Source: Paramoeba atlantica (Eukaryota; Protista; Discosea). Taken from it: a stretch of 64,000 nt of DNA. This document shows, piece after piece, positions 32,901 to 41,711 of the stretch. The stretch is from positions 186,001-250,000 of the forward strand of contig CDRNVI010000021.1 of the NCBI GenBank assembly GCA_977017575.1, in the 5' to 3' direction. Below the pieces are notes generated by a model, which was not told the DNA's origin, ran no database searches, and was given only the letters and a program-made list of their open reading frames with translations. The stretch's first letter is position 1, and the number at the start of each line of letters is the position of its first letter. The translations under genes were made by a program, and so were the position numbers.

Positions 32901-35025
32901 TCGGTGCCTGCGGGGCATGAGCCGAGGTGGGAGGTTTTCTTGGCTAGGTCGTAGTTTTTCCTGCAAGAAGAGCAAAGGAACCTTCCATGGGATGTCCACC
33001 AATCTTCGGAAACGGTATCACTGTGCCGAAGGGCCACGTGGTTGAAATATGCCTGCCATTGACCTCCATGAGACGCTGAGCTCCAGGAGCAGCCTTCGGC
33101 CGGGCATTCTCGGGTCTCGGTAGGCAATAAATTCGAAAGTGTAGCAGCATTGACGCTGTTAGACTGGAGCAGAACGGAGCGGTGAGCCGAGTACGAGTTT
33201 TTAGGGCCCGGATTTTGTTCTATACCCCCACGAAAGAGTTCCATCTGCGCGGAGCGCTGGGTCCATCCTGTATTAGCTTCCAGCTCGTGGGTGGGTGGGA
33301 TTGAGTTTCGGGCTACGTATTGAGGGCCTGGGTTCCATTCCACCCCCCCTCGCATAAGACCGATATCGATTTGTGTTTTGCTCCATCCAGATTGAGCAAT
33401 TAGGTCTCGCGTCGGGGCGAAACACCAGAGCGGTCCGTCCGGGGAAGGAATTTCTTTCCACGCAGTGGCAAATTCCGTGTCGATACCAATTTGATTGCAG
33501 AGGGCGAAAGGGCACCGGTCAGGGGGAGTGGTTCGAGGGATGGCAATAAGGGTTCGCCCCGTTGGGTGGGTGAAAACTGCTGTCCTATTGCCTGGGATCG
33601 TACTAGATTGAGGAGCACACTGAAGTGCTGCGCTCACAGAGGTACCGGCAAGTTGTCCGATAGTGCAGTTGAGATCAAGACTGTGCAAATTGCAGGGGAT
33701 GGTTCTGAGATAACTGGTTTATTCGAATACTTGTGACGGAGTTCGGGCAAAAGCGAAGGTGGACGTCCACGCTAGTATCTCCTGGTTCTTGCTCGACGTC
33801 GTCGTCGTCCATCCATTCCTCTATGGGAATGTCGCAAATTTCTCGAGGAGGGAAGGGGGGGTTTCGTAGGGCTGATTGGCCAGAGTACCGTACCATGGGT
33901 AGCAAAACTGACTCAAATGCTTTACTCTCTTCTAGGATGGTCTTCTCCCTCTCTTCTAGAGCTAATCGGAAGGCCCTCTTGATGTCGTGCTCAAGATGGG
34001 TTTGCTGGTGCTCGTTTAGAAGGGAAGCGTCCATAAACTGCTTCGTACATTTAGAGCATACGTGTCCTTGTTTTTTGGTGATGGAAAGTTTACGGGTCAA
34101 GGCAATGTAGTACTGCTTTATGACTTGTAGATTTGCTATGCAAATCTTGTGTCGGGCTAGTTCCTCCTGTGCAAGAAGCTGTGTCACCGCCGAGGAAAAC
34201 TTCTGTGCTTCCGAGCACGCTGCGATGTACCCCAAGAATCCTTCATTGGGCGCACGGGTTCTTTTTGAACTCTGGGGCTGAGACTCCTTCTGAGCCTTGT
34301 CGATTAAGGATAGGCGCTCTTCTAGAGAAAGCGGGCGATACTGGTCCGATTTAGGCTCGTTTGAATTTGCGCCAAGATGAGTAGGTGCGGATGTCGGGCG
34401 GTCGCTGCCATGTGATCCAACCGCTTGAGCGTAGGTACTGCGTCGGTGAGATCCTTTGAAAGGCGCAGTGGAACGAAGTGGGAGTATCGAACCCCCACCG
34501 TGAGAGGGTTTGGGAGAAGAGGCGATGGTACGTTTTTGTGCGGGTAGCATATCACACTCATCGCAGCGTTTAAAGTAGTGGCGCGAAGGAGAAAACGAGG
34601 AAGCGCATAGTTCGCACGTTTTCGACGCCGACGGAGCGTTTGAAAAGGATAGCGAGCATGTCTCACACCACCGGAAGTATGGTCTGGCAGGGGAAAAGGG
34701 GGCAGAGCAAGCTACACATATTTTTTTGTGGGCCACGGTAAGGGAGGAAACAGATTTCGGCGCGGAAGTCTTGAACGGAGAATACGACCTGATAACAGGT
34801 TGTGCAGGAGGGGGTACGAATTTGGGTGAACATTTCACACAAAAGCGATGGGAGGGGCTCTGTGGGACGAAACGCGTGCCACAGTGGCAACACCAGAGCT
34901 TCCCCCCTGATCGAGGGTCATTCATTGGTGTCTTGTAATTGATTAATGAAAGAAAAAGGTAATAATTCAACAAGGTACAGAAACTGTATCTTTATCGTTT
35001 TTTTTTTGTATCTTTATCGTTAAAG
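29905..35025 (-). mobile_element. SL-headed CRE-type retrotransposon, unit D (ORF1 + ORF2; ORF2 has one stop and one frameshift)
   Basis: SL 34968-35025 (interrupted); ORF1 34925-33675; ORF2 pieces 33688-32723, 32719-32276 and 32369-30009 (WYLDD; RPGDVFL, DFCVT, AVESFGSWS); poly(A) 29905-29917. Confidence 0.9.
33675..34925 (-). CDS. ORF1 of unit D: three C2C2-like ribbons and one C2H2 finger
   Basis: CCHC...FCVKC, CVAC...WCETC, CELC...RCDEC, CSKC...HQQTH. Confidence 0.75.
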   Translation of the reverse strand: MNDPRSGGKLWCCHCGTRFVPQSPSHRFCVKCSPKFVPPPAQPVIRSYSPFKTSAPKSVSSLTVAHKKICVACSAPFSPARPYFRWCETCSLSFSNAPSASKTCELCASSFSPSRHYFKRCDECDMLPAQKRTIASSPKPSHGGGSILPLRSTAPFKGSHRRSTYAQAVGSHGSDRPTSAPTHLGANSNEPKSDQYRPLSLEERLSLIDKAQKESQPQSSKRTRAPNEGFLGYIAACSEAQKFSSAVTQLLAQEELARHKICIANLQVIKQYYIALTRKLSITKKQGHVCSKCTKQFMDASLLNEHQQTHLEHDIKRAFRLALEEREKTILEESKAFESVLLPMVRYSGQSALRNPPFPPREICDIPIEEWMDDDDVEQEPGDTSVDVHLRFCPNSVTSIRINQLSQNHPLQFAQS

Positions 35026-35026
35026 A

Positions 35027-36372
35027 TTTTTTTTTTGCAGATATATACGGATGCTTCTATTAAGAGTATGGTTAGTTCTCAGGAAATTCGAAGTGGCGCT
35101 GGTATTGTGGTTATACTTTTTTTTTTTTTTTTTTGAGTACGAATTCTAACTTTTCTTTTATACTACTACGACTTTCCTACTTCATTTCTTAACATTCCCG
35201 TATCTTACCCACTTTTTCCCGTTAACGCGTTTCCACCTACCCGCTTTCCCGTTAACGACTTTCCACTTATTCACTTTCCTTTTCCCACTTTCCCTTTACC
35301 CACTTTCCCTTTACCCACTTTCCCTTTACCCGTTTTCCGCTTAACTTTTTCCCCTACCCCCTCTCCTTTTCCACTTCCCCACGACCTCCAAGTCATTCGC
35401 GCAAGAAGATCACTAAGCAAGGTGCAGATCGCCGGGTCCGGAAACAACTTCGAAACCCACTTACCTCGCACTGGGAACCTCACTCGTAAAAGCGAGGCGC
35501 GAGAATTAGCCCCGTCAGCACGATCAACCCCCGAGGACTTTCCCAGGTGCCTTTACCGGCCTGTCCTTCGACGTTCTGCCCGCTTTCGCGCGTTCTTGTT
35601 GACATGGCCGCCCGCTGACACCGAGTTAGCTGAGAGGTTACACATTTTTTGATTGAGATTAGTAACTTCATCTACCCGGTCGAAGGTAAACGTACCCGCC
35701 CGCTGGGTCCTAATCGCCATGACGGCTTTCGGGCCTACTAGGTGCAGAGGAACCTCCGTTGTCTTCAGGTGACCAGTCGACACGCGAAGCTTATCGACCC
35801 TCTCCATGAAGGATTCTAATAAACATACGGTCTCTCCAACGGCATCCATGGCATTCTCATACCAGATGCTTATTAGAGCCTCGTTCGTATGTTCTGCGGG
35901 GAATGGTATTTTGGCGCTGGGCAGCTCACACAAAAGATCATTGGCGAGATTTCGATGGGCACGCCCGGAACCTCTAAGTTCACTGAGGAGGAGGTGGCAA
36001 AGGTCCAAGGATTGGGTATGAATCCTTGAGAGTGTGTGGTAAGCGTCGTCGCACCACAACGCGTAAGTCGTCTCCCCAGAAAGAGGTGGCTCGAAAGGAT
36101 TCCAAACCCAATCCTCCAGTCTGTTACAATTCCTACTGGCGTAATGTGCCAGGCGTCGCGAGAGAGGAAAAACCGGTTCACCATAGTATGCGATGTCTTC
36201 CTCATAAGATGTGCCTGTGTCCCCTGGGTCGAACGGCTCAGAGAGATTGCAATCAGATTCGTAGTCATCCTCGCTGCAAGGAAAAGATTCTGTCATAAAA
36301 CAGAAAACGTAGTAGAGAAAGGAAAAAGAAATAATTCAACAAGGTACAGAAACTGTATCTTTATCGTTAAAG
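35027..36372 (-). mobile_element. SL-headed RT-less passenger unit C
   Basis: SL 36337-36372; 40-nt UTR; 247-aa ORF; 3' structured motif shared with units A and E (35455-35525); purine-rich tail; poly(A) 35027-35036. Confidence 0.8.
35553..36296 (-). CDS. Hypothetical 247-aa protein (acidic N-terminus, basic C-terminus)
   Basis: Starts at the first ATG after the SL; uninterrupted; no family recognised. Confidence 0.6.
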   Translation of the reverse strand: MTESFPCSEDDYESDCNLSEPFDPGDTGTSYEEDIAYYGEPVFPLSRRLAHYASRNCNRLEDWVWNPFEPPLSGETTYALWCDDAYHTLSRIHTQSLDLCHLLLSELRGSGRAHRNLANDLLCELPSAKIPFPAEHTNEALISIWYENAMDAVGETVCLLESFMERVDKLRVSTGHLKTTEVPLHLVGPKAVMAIRTQRAGTFTFDRVDEVTNLNQKMCNLSANSVSAGGHVNKNARKRAERRRTGR

Positions 36373-36373
36373 C

Positions 36374-37120
36374 TTTTTTTTTGGGGGGGGGATAGTATTG
36401 AGTTTAACGTTTTTATCTACTTTTCGAACACTTTCGCACACTTTTCACACTTCACCGTACTTACTCTCCCCACTTCACCGTACTTACTCCCCACTTTCCA
36501 CACTTTCCCTTAACCCTCTCATCCATCCCCGTCCTTACCCCCTACCCTATACCGACTCGTCCGCGCGAGCGCCCATGTGGTCCAGAGCCTCCGCTCCCAC
36601 CCCGTTAGCAGTATAAGATACTTTGTGTTGCTGTACGAGGGTGGGAGATGTGGAGGTGACCTCCGCTCCCACCCCGTTAGCAGTATCAGATACTTTGAGT
36701 TGCTGTACGAGGGTGGGAGACGTGGAGGTAACGAAGCGCAAAGACGCCGTCGCGCCAAGGGCAAAAAGCGGGAAGAGGGACATGGCGGGACGGACGCGGA
36801 GACGAGGGAAAACGACGCCGCAGCCCATCCGTCTGGAACTCTGCCCCCACCCCGTGAGCAAGTATACAATACTTTGGGCTGCTGGCACGGGGGTGGGGGA
36901 CGCAAGAGAGAAAGACAGAAGAACAACGAGCGCGCAGAGGCGGGAGGAAGAGGTGGGGAGACATGACGCGAGGGGATGATGGGATGAGAGAGGGAGGAGG
37001 GTTGCCGGCAACAGAGTGAGAATTTGAGGGGGGTGCCCTCCCATGGTCCAGAAGATGTTGTAGGAAAGAAAAGGAGAAATAATTCAACAAGGTACAGAAA
37101 CTGTATCTTTATCGTTAAAG
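36374..37120 (-). mobile_element. SL-headed RT-less passenger unit B with three hairpin repeats
   Basis: SL 37085-37120; first ATG 37044; hairpins at 36588-36656, 36660-36728 and 36843-36899; C-run plus poly(A) at 36374-36391, the same end type as unit E. Confidence 0.8.
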
Positions 37121-37639
37121 ATTTTTTTTTTTAACTTTCTATAAATGTACGGTATCACTTTCTTACTTACTTTCCTACTTACTTTACTTCGCCCTTATCA
37201 ACTTCGCCCGCTTCTCTCCCTTCTCCCCCCCCCCCCCAAAGAAACCATCCGCGACTTCCCGACTTCACCCGCTTCTTTCCCTCACTTCCCCCCCCCCGAG
37301 CATCCATCCGCGCCTTCCAAACTTTGCCCTCCGCTTTCCCTCACTTCCCCCCAGAAATCAATCCGCGCGTGCTCCACTCCTTCTTCCAGCAGTGCGCGCT
37401 TCGGACCGGGTCTCTCGACCTCTCCACGGCCTGGCTTGGGAACCCTTCCCTTGTTATACGGGAAGGCGCAGGCGCGGGCATGTGCCGACAGCGGCACGGT
37501 CACGAAGTTGGGTTTTGATCGCCGGATTCGGATGAACATTCCGAATCCATACCTGTCTCACATTGGGGTACCTTGCTCGTGAAAGCGAGGCGTGAGGATA
37601 GGCACTGTCGGCTCGATCGGCCTCGGGCCGCTCTGGAGG

Positions 37640-40600
37640 CTATTCCTCCAGAGTTGCGATGGGGTCTTCGGAAGGTGAACGAGCAACCATCATGCGCGCT
37701 TGAAAGCGCATAAGGGTTATGTTTAGTTCAGCGAAGATTCGGCTCGTTGCCTCACCTTCCGAAAGTAGACCCCCCGAGGCGTGCGAACACCTCTCACCGA
37801 CTTTTCGGAGCACGGCTGAAGCGCTGGGGCTCCAGGCGCCATAACTTTCGACCACCATGGCCGTAAAGTCGCATCCTGCTTCTACGGCTTCTCGACGCTG
37901 CTTGCCCTTCTCCATTGAGGAATAATGTTCGGCAAATGACCCCGCGGCAACCCAGCTAGCGTTTCGGACTTTGTCCGTATATTTTAATTGCTGAGCATGG
38001 GTGACCGCGAAGTCAAGCACAATGGGATTTCCAAGAAAAAGGCTGGGCAAGTATATGTCGCCAGGTCTAGTGAGGGCCCCACCTGGGCCCCTGTTCCCGA
38101 GACTCTTTTCTCGTTGAGGGGCGAGGCGGGATCGACTGCACACGTCCGTGAACTGGTCCGTAACAGCGTTGTGCCTGGTCACAATACCATGGCCATGTTT
38201 GCAAGACAGTGCATGGTCCCCTTTGCTGTCAAGGGGGAGCGAGCATTTCGGCATGGGGCACGTGCTATCTTCATGGTAGATGTCCACGCCTAACCACCAA
38301 CGGGCCAAAGTTCGGAATTGTGTGGGGGTAAAGGCGTGCCCAAGGTCTTTCGAAGGAGTCACAAAGGCCCAGCTGCTCGCTCCCGTGCCACACTGGGAGA
38401 TCCACCTTGCACGGGTTCGTGCGTCAGTTGTCTCATATTCCTGGGAAAACGCATGGGCTGCAATAGCATAACTGATTACCCGCTGGCGCGGAATCTTCCC
38501 TTTGGGCCACTGTGGGGTTAACATGTCCTGGCATTCTTCAGAACCATAGAGGGGAGTCGAGAGTGGGTAGGCATCCGTGGGTGTGTTGGCCGTGCGGGAA
38601 GTCGTACGAAGAATATGTCCCGGAGGCTCGTCCGGGGGGTGAGGATCAATCCCTGGCGGAGGGCGCCTTCTCTTCCGGTAGGAGTACGGCGCGCTCAGGG
38701 CCTTCTCGCATGGGGCGTTGGGAGTTGTGAGAACACGACCTCGGGGATCGAGGAGAGCAGTGCCGGCCTTCTGATTGATATCGAGGATGGCCTCCGAGAA
38801 ACCTTCAGCGTCTGTGGGATCCCAGGAATCTTTGGCAGAGGCAAAGGCGACGGATGCAACGTAAGCCGCGGAGGCGTGGAGAGCTGCGGATCTCAGACCT
38901 AATCCCCCATGGCGCTTCAGTCGCTGTGCTTGAGATTGTGCTGACCTGTCCAGAGGACAGATGATTGCCTCTATAGCGGTCATGAGAAAGTCGTCTAAAC
39001 GGGAGCAAAGGTGAATCAGGGACTGTGGGGGCGTACTTCTCATGGCATACACCATTTGACAGAACCCCGCACATTGACGAATTAGGGCAAGTGCGACCTG
39101 GGGGTCCTGAATGTTGGTGATGGCATCGAGGGTATCCTCGGCTGGTTCTAGGGCGTGAGAAAGAAGATAAGCAGAGCAGTGGTCGGCGGATCCTACAGGA
39201 CTCCCTAGTATGTCAAAGTTCCCCTGCGAATTGATCTTCTCGTCGGGTATGTCTGGGAAGTAATCAGCCTGGTGGGCCGAGCTGGGGGAAGTAATAATTT
39301 CGCATTTCGACGTATTGAGATGCAAGCCCCATTGAGGTCCTACTCGGGCGATCGTGTCTAGGGCGTCTCTAACTTCCTGCGCCTGGCCAACGAGGACGCC
39401 ATCGTCGAGATACCAGAGTTGGGCGGGAATATCAGTTTGAAGGTTAATGGCTTCTGAGAGCTCCAGGGCCACTAACGAGAAGAGCAATGGTCCTAGGGGA
39501 TCGCCCTGTTGTACTCCTTCCTCGGAGGAGATGAATCGGGCCCCGTAGGTAAGAGAGCTGGGGTCGGAATAGCACCAATTGATCCAAGGGAAGAGTTCCG
39601 GGAAATATTCCTGTACTAGTGGAAGGAAGGCAGCCCTGCTTACGTTATTGAAAGCGTTACGTAGGTCCACTTTGCACATGACGAAGTTCGGGTTTTCCAT
39701 ATTGGACGACATGGCCAGGCGACACATGTGAATGACTCTTTCGGCCCCGGCTGGCGCTGCCACTCCGTACTGTTTGCCTTCAAAGAGCTCGCTCGCTTTG
39801 GGTCGGATTGCGTTGCATACGGCTTTGCTCGCTAATCGCCGAAGGGTTTCACCGGCAGCGATCGGATGAACATCATTTTCGCCCTTTGATAGGGCGCATA
39901 AGCGCGCCCCTGCAAAGTGCGCCTGTACTTCAGAGGGTGCCTTCCCAGCTAGGAGGTGATTTGTTAGCTTTGTGAGGGATCGGAGAAAGTCATTTCCGTG
40001 TACGAGCAGTGCTGCCTGTAGGTGCTCTGGGCGTAATCCCATAGTGCCGGCAGAGGAACCCCTGTTGAAGCTCTTCAGCGTCTTTGCAACTTCGCGTTCG
40101 TCAAGTTCCAGTGGAGCGCAGTTCGGAGGCGGGCAGTTTTCGCACGAGTCAATTTGAAGACGGCGGGGGTGTTTTTCTAGCAATTTTTCAAATGTCTCGT
40201 CATCGTCAGGCGCCATTGGATCTGACGTTAGGGAGGCCAACCCTCTAGAGAGCTCGCCGTGGCGGACGAGGAGTTCTGCTCGAATCGCTGCCTTCTCGTC
40301 TTCGTCAGGGAATTCCGTTGGGGACTTTTGCTTTTTTCGACAGGCTACAATTGCTTCGCTCCATAGGTCCGAGTACTCTTGTTCCGCCCAACGCTGCATG
40401 CATTTATACGCATGTGAGGCATATGCCATGTGGCCTTTGCGGCCCCCTCGATGCGGAGCTGGTAAAACGCATTTGGGAAGCATGGCCAGAAGCGTCCATG
40501 CCTGTAAGGAGTTTTCAGAGACCGCGTTCCGAATGGCGGAGGAGAGGATTTCTTCCCAGATCTGGCGGCAACGATAAGGCACGTCTTTGCACGTACTCAG

Positions 40601-41626
40601 CTGAAGAGAGCAGACAGAAGGAAGAGGTGGGAGCTCAAAGTTGGTGTTCTCTGGTGTTGGTGCGGTGCTCACTTCGTTGGGTGGAGTAAGAAGTTCGGGA
40701 GAAAGGAGCGCGACGGTTTTCGTTCCTTTGCAGCTGTGTGTGTGCGATGATCGTTTGTGGTTGTCGTAGTGGCGTCCGCATGAGGTGCATAGAAAACGGC
40801 CTTCTCTGTACCACCATTCATTAGGGATGCTGTTACCGTGCCGGCATGCGACATGGTTATAGAAGGCTTGCCAGGATCCGCCATGCGACGGACTGCGCCA
40901 TGAACATCCCTGGGCCGGGCACTCTCGGAGCGCGGCAGACTTTCCTTGGGACAATGAGTTGGGCTCAGCGAGGCTAACGCCAGCGTTTTCAATATTCTGG
41001 GTTTCGTGTCTTCTTCCTGGTTGCTCTTGAGATGGACCCGGAATAAGTTCATAAGGATGCAAGAGTGAAGGTGTCTCTGGGTCTACCCGGTATCGGATGA
41101 GCTTATTTCTCCGTGGAGTAGGGGTTTTCTTGGAGTGACCTTTAATGTCCTCATTGCTACGTGCTTGGGCGGATAGAGCAGTTTTGAGTGGTGTACTTAG
41201 ATGCTGTGTAGCATTCAAAGCCTCTTTCGTCTTCTTCGCTGGCGTTACTTGCCTGATAACAGCGGAGTGTTGCATCTCTTCATTTTCGACCTCCGTGTGA
41301 CCTGTGTCCGGTGTTGCATTAATCCCACCTACGATCGCGTTCGTTCGGCGGATCCAATCTTCAGAAATATTCTGAGGGATGGGGGTCGTGTAAACGTCTT
41401 CATGGTAGGTGCTCGTCCCCGTGTAAACGTCTTCATGGTAGGTGCTCGTCCCCGTGATTAAATGTTCGTTTCCTTTAAATTGGTCCCAAGACCCCGGTCG
41501 GTGAGTTCTGCCATTAATTTCTAAGCATTTGTCGTCCGTCTCCATGGCTTCGGCTTCGTGGTCCGGATTTCCGCTGTTGTCGTCTATGGGAGGAAGTGTG
41601 TCTGCGGGGGGGATGATACCAGACAT
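37640..41626 (-). CDS. CRE-clade polyprotein: zinc fingers, RT, zinc knuckle, RLE
   Basis: CPAQGC...HVACRH...CTSCGRHY; GVQQGDPLGP; WYLDD; CPMPKC...HALSC...RHN; RPGDIYL...DFAVT...VVESYGAWS. In-frame 33-bp tandem duplication at 41387-41452. Confidence 0.93.
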   Translation of the reverse strand: MSGIIPPADTLPPIDDNSGNPDHEAEAMETDDKCLEINGRTHRPGSWDQFKGNEHLITGTSTYHEDVYTGTSTYHEDVYTTPIPQNISEDWIRRTNAIVGGINATPDTGHTEVENEEMQHSAVIRQVTPAKKTKEALNATQHLSTPLKTALSAQARSNEDIKGHSKKTPTPRRNKLIRYRVDPETPSLLHPYELIPGPSQEQPGRRHETQNIENAGVSLAEPNSLSQGKSAALRECPAQGCSWRSPSHGGSWQAFYNHVACRHGNSIPNEWWYREGRFLCTSCGRHYDNHKRSSHTHSCKGTKTVALLSPELLTPPNEVSTAPTPENTNFELPPLPSVCSLQLSTCKDVPYRCRQIWEEILSSAIRNAVSENSLQAWTLLAMLPKCVLPAPHRGGRKGHMAYASHAYKCMQRWAEQEYSDLWSEAIVACRKKQKSPTEFPDEDEKAAIRAELLVRHGELSRGLASLTSDPMAPDDDETFEKLLEKHPRRLQIDSCENCPPPNCAPLELDEREVAKTLKSFNRGSSAGTMGLRPEHLQAALLVHGNDFLRSLTKLTNHLLAGKAPSEVQAHFAGARLCALSKGENDVHPIAAGETLRRLASKAVCNAIRPKASELFEGKQYGVAAPAGAERVIHMCRLAMSSNMENPNFVMCKVDLRNAFNNVSRAAFLPLVQEYFPELFPWINWCYSDPSSLTYGARFISSEEGVQQGDPLGPLLFSLVALELSEAINLQTDIPAQLWYLDDGVLVGQAQEVRDALDTIARVGPQWGLHLNTSKCEIITSPSSAHQADYFPDIPDEKINSQGNFDILGSPVGSADHCSAYLLSHALEPAEDTLDAITNIQDPQVALALIRQCAGFCQMVYAMRSTPPQSLIHLCSRLDDFLMTAIEAIICPLDRSAQSQAQRLKRHGGLGLRSAALHASAAYVASVAFASAKDSWDPTDAEGFSEAILDINQKAGTALLDPRGRVLTTPNAPCEKALSAPYSYRKRRRPPPGIDPHPPDEPPGHILRTTSRTANTPTDAYPLSTPLYGSEECQDMLTPQWPKGKIPRQRVISYAIAAHAFSQEYETTDARTRARWISQCGTGASSWAFVTPSKDLGHAFTPTQFRTLARWWLGVDIYHEDSTCPMPKCSLPLDSKGDHALSCKHGHGIVTRHNAVTDQFTDVCSRSRLAPQREKSLGNRGPGGALTRPGDIYLPSLFLGNPIVLDFAVTHAQQLKYTDKVRNASWVAAGSFAEHYSSMEKGKQRREAVEAGCDFTAMVVESYGAWSPSASAVLRKVGERCSHASGGLLSEGEATSRIFAELNITLMRFQARMMVARSPSEDPIATLEE

Positions 41627-41666
41627 AAAAATTAACCCGTACCTCGGAAAGAGATGAAATGGAATT

Positions 41667-41702
41667 CAACAAGGTACAGAAACTGTATCTTTATCGTTAA
41701 AG
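41667..41702 (-). other. SL exon-like sequence (other copies: 37085-37120, 36337-36372, 34968-35025, 29869-29904)
   Basis: Identical 36-mer CTTTAACGATAAAGATACAGTTTCTGTACCTTGTTG. With the preceding AAT seen in three copies it is 39 nt, the kinetoplastid SL length. Confidence 0.85.
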
Positions 41703-41711
41703 ATTTTTTTT

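Larger units (their letters stand above)
37122..41702 (-). mobile_element. SL-headed CRE/SLACS-type retrotransposon, unit A (apparently intact)
   Basis: SL 41667-41702; single 1328-aa ORF; ~500-nt 3' UTR; poly(A) 37122-37132. Confidence 0.93.

Noticed and set aside
25700-37620. HDV-like, hammerhead or twister identity for the 3' UTR motifs
   Set aside because: No P3/L3 between P2 and P1, no CUGANGA/GAAA core, and no UAA plus closed L4. Kept as unclassified motifs.
29869-41702. Ordinary tandem SL-RNA gene array
   Set aside because: None of the five SL copies is followed by a GT intron, and the intervening units differ in length and content.
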